Position numbers and translations under genes: made by a program
The notes under the pieces: model-generated
The model's database searches: none
What the model was told of the DNA's origin: nothing
What the model saw: only the letters and a program-made list of their open reading frames with translations
Shown here: positions 20,136-26,638 of the stretch, piece after piece
Layout of the letters: every line of letters starts with the position of its first letter
Position numbering within the stretch: position 1 is the first letter of the stretch
Origin: a virus
Lineage: Duplodnaviria; Caudoviricetes
IMG/VR virus record: IMGVR_UViG_3300044823_000503
Coordinates: 1 to 60,047 of that record
DNA length: 60,047 bases
Strand: one strand, 5' to 3'

Positions 20136-20500
20136 GATGGGCCTTCGGTGCCAGCACGAAGGCGGGGGAGACCATCGACCAGACCCTCCGCACCACCTGG
20201 GCCAACCTCAAGACGACGCACTGCCTCAGCCCTTCGGCACTCACCGAGAGCCATGTGACCGAGGCCATCCAGGGGGCGCTCGCCCTCATCGGCACAGGTC
20301 TCTTCGGCACCCGGCACTCGGTGGGGGTGGGGGGCACGACGGTCGAACCCGGGGATCCGGTGAGCGTGCCGCCGGAGTTGCACCAGATCATGGTCTCGGT
20401 GGCCCAGCTTCCCGATCTGCCTGCCGCATCTGCTGTGTCGGTGGCGGCACCCCCGACCCCAGCGCCGATAACCGCACCGCCAGCCGCTCCCGCCGGGTGA
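20132..20500 (+). CDS. Hypothetical protein, similar to 1807-2103
   Basis: MRWAFGASTKAGETI...WANL...SVGVGG resembles MSFAIRVKAGADDV...WNRL...EVSVAG. Confidence 0.55.
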   Translation: MRWAFGASTKAGETIDQTLRTTWANLKTTHCLSPSALTESHVTEAIQGALALIGTGLFGTRHSVGVGGTTVEPGDPVSVPPELHQIMVSVAQLPDLPAASAVSVAAPPTPAPITAPPAAPAG

Positions 20501-20738
20501 AGGTAGTCGCCGGGCCGCCCGGCCGGGTACGATAGCCGCCGATGAAGCCCCGGTGTGAGGCGTGCCAGGCCCCCGACCCCGTCGCCCTGCGCCAGCTCCT
20601 GGAGCTCGGCCTGCAGGAGAAGCCCGACCCCGAGGGCTCCGCGTTCAAGGCCCCCGACCTCTGTCCCCGCCACCGTCGCGCCCTGGCCGCCTTCGCCGCC
20701 CGGCTGGGCGAGGATGGCCGGCTGCTGTCGGGCACCGC

Positions 20739-21071
20739 GTGAGCCCCCTCACCCTCCCCGAGATCGTCAGCCGGCTGGACGCCCGGCTCGGCCGCGCCCC
20801 GCGCGCCAAGGCGCAGCGGCTCGCCTCCCTCCATTTCCACCTCACCGGGCCCGGCGGCGGTGACCTCTACGTGGCCGTCGGCAATGGCCTGGCCATGGCC
20901 AGTCAGAAGAAGGGCCCCCTCCCCGTCGACTGCACCATCCAGTTGACCATAGCGGACGCTGAGGACCTCCTCGAGGGGCGGCTGGACGCCGTCAAGGGGT
21001 ACTTCAGCGGCAAGATCAAGATCACGGGAAGCAGGGACCAGGCGATGCGCCTGGGTGATCTCCTGCGCTGA
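20739..21071 (+). CDS. SCP2 sterol/lipid carrier domain protein
   Basis: FHLTGPGGG...DCTIQL...LLEGRLDAVKGYFSGKIKITG...AMRL. Confidence 0.85.
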   Translation: MSPLTLPEIVSRLDARLGRAPRAKAQRLASLHFHLTGPGGGDLYVAVGNGLAMASQKKGPLPVDCTIQLTIADAEDLLEGRLDAVKGYFSGKIKITGSRDQAMRLGDLLR

Positions 21072-21152
21072 TCCCGTGAGCTCCGCGCCGTGCTGGCCCG
21101 CACAGCGTCACGGAGCGCACTCCGCTTACCGCCTTCGCCCACTCTGGTGCGA

Positions 21153-21707
21153 TCAGAGGATGCCAGGTGCCGAGACGACCATCCCCGTAACCCCCGGGCA
21201 GGCCGTCCCACAGGCGCAGCCGCCGATCCCGTTGAGGCAGAAGACGCACGAGCCGCCGACGATCCCCGGGCCCACGCCACCACCCGGGCAGCACTGCGCT
21301 TGGCACCCGGTGATCTCAGGCGGCGTCCAGGTGGTGGAGGTGCAGCCCGGCTGGCCCGCGAAGTGGATCGAGCCGGGGGGGCAGCAGCCCCAGAGGTTGA
21401 GACCCGGCCCCATGTCGCTGTACGGGCCGCTGTAGTCGCCGCAGTCGCCCGTGCCGGTGCACTCGCAGGGGCAGGGGTACGGCTCGTCGGCGGCGAGCGC
21501 GCAGACCGGCCCCATCTGCTCATACGTTTGCCCGGGAACATTGACTCCGGTGCCGACCTGTTCCCCGGTGTAGACCTGGCCCTCGGGGCAGCAGCCGCCC
21601 GGGGGCGGAGAGGGCGGCGCGGCACCTCCGCTGATCGCCGCCGCGGTCACCAGGACGGCCACTAGCGCCCCCCCTCCGATGAGGGCGCCCTTCTCCACGC
21701 GATCCAT
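21153..21707 (-). CDS. Cys-rich membrane-anchored protein, ends VSAPGIL
   Basis: N-terminal TM segment, about 17 Cys; leaderless after the conserved promoter. Confidence 0.7.
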   Translation of the reverse strand: MDRVEKGALIGGGALVAVLVTAAAISGGAAPPSPPPGGCCPEGQVYTGEQVGTGVNVPGQTYEQMGPVCALAADEPYPCPCECTGTGDCGDYSGPYSDMGPGLNLWGCCPPGSIHFAGQPGCTSTTWTPPEITGCQAQCCPGGGVGPGIVGGSCVFCLNGIGGCACGTACPGVTGMVVSAPGIL

Positions 21708-21714
21708 GTTCCGC

Positions 21715-21748
21715 ACGCTACCAGCCGCCCCATAGCGGCAGGGAGATC
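21715..21748 (-). promoter_or_regulatory. Viral promoter GATCTCCC-N20-TAGCGT
   Basis: ATG follows 7 nt after the -10. Confidence 0.7.
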
Positions 21749-22112
21749 GGAGGACGGGTTGGGCCGGTTCGTCGGAGAGGGCAGGACCGGATCGTCAGCA
21801 TGGAGAGACATGGTGCGTCGGCATGGGTATGGCATGGACTGTCGGGCCGGGCGGGGGTTGGAACGGAGCGTCGGGTGTGGAGAGGAAGGGGAGGGATCGT
21901 CGGGGCGGGACGGCTTGGATCGTCGGGATGGGTGGGGGTGGTGCGTCGGGATGGTTCGGCAGGGACTGGCGTGGACCGTCGGCTGGGTGTGGACAGGTTC
22001 GTCGGGTAGGGGCGGGTTGAGACGGTTTGTCGGATGTGGTATGGCATGGATCGTCGGATGGGGTCGGATGGGGCAGGTCGGGTGCGTCGGGTGCGGCGTG
22101 GGCTGGAGCGTC
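21749..22112 (-). ncRNA. Array 1: 14 units of GAC-(NNN-CC)4-6, putative guide RNA array
   Basis: + strand GTC at 21771, 21794, 21817, 21841, 21870, 21899, 21922, 21945, 21978, 22001, 22029, 22053, 22086 and 22110, separated by GGNNN pentamers. Begins at the stop codon of the RAMP gene. Confidence 0.8.
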
Positions 22113-22761
22113 AGACCGGCCCGAAGCTGTCGATGGTGAAGGTGCCCGACCCCTGCGAGCGGTCACTGCCGATGCCGTTGAACCTCATGTACTCCAGCAT
22201 CGCCTCCAGCTGCTCCTGCGACCCCACCTTGCTGACGCCGTCGTCCAAAACCCGGATGGTGAACGTGAGCGGCACGTTGTCGGCGTACTCGAAGCGCTTG
22301 ATCGAGGTCCGAGGCCCCTGCATGGTCATCACCGTGAGCGGCCTGTCGTCCACCTGGACCGGAACGGTGATCGCGACCACCTTCTCCAGCACGAAGATCC
22401 GCTCCGCCACCTTGGACCGGAACGCCTTGACCCCGAGCGCATCCTTCAGGATGTTGGCCGCCTCTTTGAGCGCCCCCTTGAGGCAGCGCCCCTCGTACCC
22501 GGGGGTGCCGTCCGGGAGGCGGTAGAAGACCACCCCGTGGATCTCCTCGGCGCTCAGTTGGGCGGCCGTGGCGGCGTGCTCCTCGCGGGCCGACGACGGC
22601 GTGAGCGGCACGTCGGCGAGCTCCGCCGGCATCTCGGCCGGCACCTTCATGCGGGCCGCTCGCGCCTCCAGCCAGCTGTCCAGCATCTTCTCCTTGGCGG
22701 GCACGCCGGCGACCAGGCGGTCGACGGTGATGCTGAGCGAGTAGTCGATCCAGGTGAACAT
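22111..22761 (-). CDS. Stand-alone Cas7/Csm3-like RAMP protein
   Basis: GTPGYEGRCLKGALKEAA matches the RAMP 'IPGSSLKGALR' motif; C-terminal Gly-rich loop GIGSDRSQGSGTF; AAGGAGG RBS. Confidence 0.8.
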   Translation of the reverse strand: MFTWIDYSLSITVDRLVAGVPAKEKMLDSWLEARAARMKVPAEMPAELADVPLTPSSAREEHAATAAQLSAEEIHGVVFYRLPDGTPGYEGRCLKGALKEAANILKDALGVKAFRSKVAERIFVLEKVVAITVPVQVDDRPLTVMTMQGPRTSIKRFEYADNVPLTFTIRVLDDGVSKVGSQEQLEAMLEYMRFNGIGSDRSQGSGTFTIDSFGPV

Positions 22762-22799
22762 GGTTTCCCTCCTTGGGAGATTGAGGATCTGGGCCGGGG

Positions 22800-23153
22800 T
22801 CAGTCCCCCGGCGCCTCCGAAAAGTCAGGGGACAGGCTCGCCGTCCAGAGCCCGAGATCCTCCACATGGCAGCTAAACCCGCTGCTCTGCAGGGGGCCGG
22901 GTGACACCAGCCTCACCACGGGCTCTCCAGGAACGACCAACCTCCCAAAGCTGCCTTCGCTCCAGGAATCTGGCGCGGCGAGCGATGCGACGATGACCCG
23001 CAGGCCGACCACGGCGCCGGGCAGCAGCCCCAGGCTGCGCATGTCTGCACACCGCTGACAGCCATCCTCTGGGCTCGGCTCTGGGCCGCCGTATGATCTC
23101 TGGCCGCACTCGGTGCAGTGGGTTGTCCATTGGCGACCGACCTCAAGAGACAT
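22800..23153 (-). CDS. Zinc-finger hypothetical protein
   Basis: CTEC...CQRC, GGAGG RBS. Confidence 0.55.
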   Translation of the reverse strand: MSLEVGRQWTTHCTECGQRSYGGPEPSPEDGCQRCADMRSLGLLPGAVVGLRVIVASLAAPDSWSEGSFGRLVVPGEPVVRLVSPGPLQSSGFSCHVEDLGLWTASLSPDFSEAPGD

Positions 23154-23554
23154 GACCTCTGCATCCTCCCTATATCACGGTTCCCCGACTCCTCAGCCTG
23201 AGGGACGTTGTCGTCCGGATGCGCCTCCTGGATCGCCTGCAGGCCAGCCGCGAGGCCGCCCTGGTACGCCCGCTCCCACGATTCCTGGGCGGCGCGCCGC
23301 GCACCGCTCTCAGTCGCCAGCATGGCCTCCACCGTGAGAGTTGGCGGCACGATACCGAAGAGGAGGGCGAGCACCTCATGGCCGGCCTGGTCGAACGCCC
23401 TCAGGTACGGCCTCAACTCCTCGGGGCAACGGTCGAATGTATCGAGGAACAACCCGCCCGTTTGGACGTGCAGCACGCTCCCTACGGTGTCCAGGAATTT
23501 GTGCCGGCTGGCCTCGAAGCTCTGGATCACCAGCATACGGTCGTGGTCGGTCAT
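22913..23554 (-). CDS. Hypothetical protein (3' part overlaps the next gene)
   Basis: GGAG RBS; first ~125 aa look protein-like. Confidence 0.5.
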   Translation of the reverse strand: MTDHDRMLVIQSFEASRHKFLDTVGSVLHVQTGGLFLDTFDRCPEELRPYLRAFDQAGHEVLALLFGIVPPTLTVEAMLATESGARRAAQESWERAYQGGLAAGLQAIQEAHPDDNVPQAEESGNRDIGRMQRSCLLRSVANGQPTAPSAARDHTAAQSRAQRMAVSGVQTCAAWGCCPAPWSACGSSSHRSPRQIPGAKAALGGWSFLESPW

Positions 23555-23666
23555 CGGATCGTCTCCATTGCTCGAAAGGGCACGATCTCCCGGCGTCGGG
23601 AAACGCTCGGTGACCGCACCCCCGCCTCATCATCCATCCCGATCTCTCCCAAAGCGTCGGATTTTA

Positions 23667-23710
23667 CCGTCGGGAATCATAGCGCACTCCCCGACGGATT
23701 GCCGTACACT
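23667..23710. promoter_or_regulatory. Divergent promoter region with an 8-bp inverted repeat
   Basis: CCGTCGGG...CCCGACGG (23667-23697); -10 TATGAT on - (23676-23681); -10 TACACT on + (23705-23710). Confidence 0.55.
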
Positions 23711-23719
23711 TTCGGCCGT

Positions 23720-23861
23720 GAAGGCTCACCCCGCTCCTCACACCGACTCTCCCAGCCACCCCACGCCATTCCAGGACGACGTACCGCCCCGCCCCATCCC
23801 AGGCCGACTATCCGACCCGACCCGGACTGACAGACCGCCCCACTCCATGCCGATCCGCCCC
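23720..23861 (+). ncRNA. Array 2: 4-5 units of GAC-(NNN-CC)4-6
   Basis: GAC at 23745, 23778, 23806 and 23829 (units of 33, 28, 23, 33 nt); starts about 9 nt after TACACT. Confidence 0.75.
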
Positions 23862-24029
23862 GGGGGTCGCCCCGGCCAGGTCGTCCCGCGCAGCGGCATC
23901 TACGGCGCCGGGGGCCGGGAGACAACGCTCCGGCGCGGCGTTCGCTTCCCCCCCTGCCCCCCGGGGCTGACCTGGGAGCCGGTGCGCGTCACCGGCGCAG
24001 AGCAGCATCGCCAACCCCCGGCTGGCTGA
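23847..24029 (+). CDS. YjzC-like small protein
   Basis: PGQVVPRSGIY...ETT...GVRFPPCP...W. Confidence 0.6.
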   Translation: MPIRPGGRPGQVVPRSGIYGAGGRETTLRRGVRFPPCPPGLTWEPVRVTGAEQHRQPPAG

Positions 24030-24868
24030 TGGCGGCCGATACCTCCACTGCGGCCCACCCGCGGCGATACACCGAGGCGGAGCTCGTCCAGATGCTCCGC
24101 AAGCGCCACGCCCGGCTGGGCAACGGGGGATCGGGGGAGTACGCCTTCCTGACCCAGGTGCGCGACGCGGCCGGCTTCTACGGCTCCCGGACCCTGGACG
24201 TGGTCACCCTCAGCCTCTGGCCGTCGCGGGGCATGGAGCTCCACGGCTATGAGGTCAAGGTCAGCCGGGCCGACTGGATCCGCGAGCTCCATGAGCCCGC
24301 CAAGGCGGAGGCGTTCGTCCAGCGGCTCGACCGCTTCTCCCTGGTCGTCGCCGACGAGGCCATGGTGGCTCCCGGGGAACTACCGCCCGGCTGGGGGCTG
24401 ATGGCAGTGCGGGGCGGCCGCCTGGTCACTGTGGTGCAGGCCCCCAATCTCCGCCGGGGAAAGGAGCCGCCGCCGGTCAGCCGCTCCTGGCTGGTCTGTC
24501 TGCTCCGTGCTGCCGGCGCCGTCCCCGAGGTCGACCCTGCCGAAGCCCGGGCCGCCCGCGATGAGGGCTTGGCGGCGGGGCGCTCTCAGGCGGAGCGTGA
24601 GGTGGTCAACCTCCGGGCGGAACTCGGGAATGAGAGAGGGCGGAGGGAAGAGGAGGCCGCCGCCCGCCGCGCCGTCTTCCAGGCGCTGGGCATCGGCGGG
24701 ACCGGAGGCCATGAGGTGGAGGCGCTCCAGGCCATCGCCAGCGCCGTCCGCACCGTGGTGGTCGCCGATCACGGCGTGGAGACGGCCAGGGCGCGCCTCG
24801 AGGGCCTCGCGAGTGTCGCTGAGGACTGCGCCCGCCGACTGCGCCAGGGGATCGAGGCCGCACAGTGA
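24029..24868 (+). CDS. MmcB-like PD-(D/E)XK nuclease with coiled-coil tail
   Basis: RTLDVV..LWPSRG..LHGYEVKVSRADW...ELPPGWGLM. Confidence 0.75.
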   Translation: MAADTSTAAHPRRYTEAELVQMLRKRHARLGNGGSGEYAFLTQVRDAAGFYGSRTLDVVTLSLWPSRGMELHGYEVKVSRADWIRELHEPAKAEAFVQRLDRFSLVVADEAMVAPGELPPGWGLMAVRGGRLVTVVQAPNLRRGKEPPPVSRSWLVCLLRAAGAVPEVDPAEARAARDEGLAAGRSQAEREVVNLRAELGNERGRREEEAAARRAVFQALGIGGTGGHEVEALQAIASAVRTVVVADHGVETARARLEGLASVAEDCARRLRQGIEAAQ

Positions 24869-25458
24869 GCCTCATCGGCTACGCCCGCGTGAGCAAGGAC
24901 GATCAGAACATCAACCTCCAGGTGGACGCGCTGCGCGCCGCCGGCTGCGACGCCATCTTCACCGAGTGGGCGAGCGGCGGCGACCTCAAGCGTCCCCAGC
25001 TGCGCCTCTGCCTAGAGACGGTCGGGCCCGGCGACACCCTGGTCGTCTGGAAGCTCGACCGCCTGGGCCGCTCCCTGCGCCAGCTCATCTTCCTGGTCCC
25101 GGAACTGGACGCCCGAGGGGTGAAGGTGCGCTCGCTCACCGATCCGTTCGACACGAGCAACGCCGCCGGCCGGTTCCAACTCGGGATGCTCGCTGTCCTC
25201 GCCGAGTATGAGCGCGACCGAATCCGTGAGCGCACCAAGGCCGGCCTCGAGGCGGCCGCCCGCCGCGGCCACCGGCCCGGGCGCCACCGGGTGATCTCGG
25301 ATCGGCGGCTTCAGGTGGCCCAGGAACTCATCGCACGCGGCCAGTCGGTGGCGGAGGTGGCGCACTCCATCGGGGTGGCCCGCACTACCCTCTACGACGC
25401 CCTCAGACGCTCTCTGGAGGGCAATGATATACATGGCTCACCCGGTGCTGGGCTATGA
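24865..25458 (+). CDS. Small serine recombinase (resolvase/invertase)
   Basis: IGYARVS..DQ...RPQL...GDTLVVWKLDRLGRS...ERT..GL; C-terminal HTH. Confidence 0.95.
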   Translation: MSLIGYARVSKDDQNINLQVDALRAAGCDAIFTEWASGGDLKRPQLRLCLETVGPGDTLVVWKLDRLGRSLRQLIFLVPELDARGVKVRSLTDPFDTSNAAGRFQLGMLAVLAEYERDRIRERTKAGLEAAARRGHRPGRHRVISDRRLQVAQELIARGQSVAEVAHSIGVARTTLYDALRRSLEGNDIHGSPGAGL

Positions 25459-26018
25459 TAGGGCCTCCCGTGCGACGGTGGCAGGAATCCGAACGTGGAG
25501 ACCCCCACTCTTTCTATGAGGTACCGAGGAGCCTGATGCCGCGCATCCCCGATGTCCACCTCCAGTCGGTGGTGGCCGAGAAGCGCGGATTCAACCCGTC
25601 GACCCCTGGGGTGGACTGGGAGAGGTACGGACGCGAGGTCGAGTACCGGATGGGCCAGGGGCAGATGCCGGCGACCCCTGACCAGGTCAAGGGGGTCATG
25701 AGTGGACAGCAGGGGGTGCAGCCTCCGAAGGCGGCCGCGAGCACTCCCCAGATGACGTCACGAGCACGCCCCGTGCGCCCCCCTGCTTTCCCCTCTCCTC
25801 CGACCAAGGAACCCCGGCGGGTCAGGATCGGGGGTTTTGAGGTCCGTGTGATCGAAGATCCCCGGGCAGCCAACCGGCCCCAGCGACACCACCACAAGGG
25901 CCAGACGACCTCTGGGTACTACCGGCGCAACGGCAAGCTGACCGTCGCCGGCGAGCTGGAGCGCCGCCGCCGCCAGGCGAGGAAGCAGCCGCGGCGCGGT
26001 GACGGCACCTTCCGGTGA
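25455..26018 (+). CDS. Basic hypothetical protein (may start at 25536)
   Basis: Arg-rich C-terminus ending RRGDGTFR. Confidence 0.55.
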   Translation: MIGPPVRRWQESERGDPHSFYEVPRSLMPRIPDVHLQSVVAEKRGFNPSTPGVDWERYGREVEYRMGQGQMPATPDQVKGVMSGQQGVQPPKAAASTPQMTSRARPVRPPAFPSPPTKEPRRVRIGGFEVRVIEDPRAANRPQRHHHKGQTTSGYYRRNGKLTVAGELERRRRQARKQPRRGDGTFR

Positions 26019-26637
26019 TGCGGATCGTCAACCGGACCCCGTACCCGGTGGCGACCGTCCGCCGCATCATCCTTGCCGCGATGCCGGCACGGGGGCGTTC
26101 TCCAATCGTGGTGGTCGCGTTGAGGACCACGTGTCCGAGATCGCGCTCCACGAGGTGGGCCATCTCATCGACCCCGAGGGCAACCCCGACTACGCCGCCG
26201 AACTGGCCGTGGCGCCCATCGAGGAGGACCCCGCCGATGTGGTGGCGACCCTCCAGGGCGTGGATGCCCACTGCCACTTCTGTGAGGCCTCCAATGGCCT
26301 GGCCATCTGCACCATGGACATGGACGGCACCCGCCAGCGCGCCCACCTGCGCCACCAGGTGCCCCGCGGCCTGGGCGGCCTGATCCCGGCCACCCGCAAG
26401 CGTCTCCTGGTCGTCCTCCACGAGCTGGACGAGGCGGAGCCGCTCCTCCCTGGACGCTCCGGACAGTTCGACATGGTGAGAGAGATGATCGGGGATTGCC
26501 AGGTGGCGCTCTCCGGCAATGCGCTCGGCCCCGATGACATTTCCCAGGCTCACAAGCTACTCTACAGAGCGTGGGATGCGAACTTCGATCTGGTCTGGGC
26601 CTACTACATGCTGGTCCTGTACGGACAGGCGGAGTGA
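26018..26637 (+). pseudogene. Zincin-like gene split across two frames (junction ~26120)
   Basis: Frame A MRIVNRTPYPVATVRRII matches the N-terminus of 39393-39782; frame B ALHEVGH...RAWDA matches 2-628. Confidence 0.6.
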
Positions 26638-26638
26638 C

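Noticed and set aside
21749-22112. Canonical CRISPR array
   Set aside because: There are no 23-47 nt identical repeats with unique spacers; conservation is limited to CC every 5 nt and GAC.
21749-22112. Simple microsatellite or G-quadruplex tract
   Set aside because: The triplets are diverse while the register is strict, the grammar recurs in a second array, and it abuts a RAMP gene. G4 formation is not excluded but does not explain these points.
21718-22166. ORFs overlapping array 1 (21718-22047, 21759-22139, 21795-22166 and others)
   Set aside because: Low-complexity G/W/R or P/T translations produced by the 5-nt period, which is not codon-compatible.
21749-23861. Self-targets of the array units within the window
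   Set aside because: Limited manual trials of contiguous and gapped readings gave no convincing match; a systematic search is needed.
24865-25458. Gin/Hin-type invertible fibre segment or integrase
   Set aside because: No inverted recombination sites were found by eye around the fibre genes, and the protein lacks the large C-terminal domain of serine integrases.
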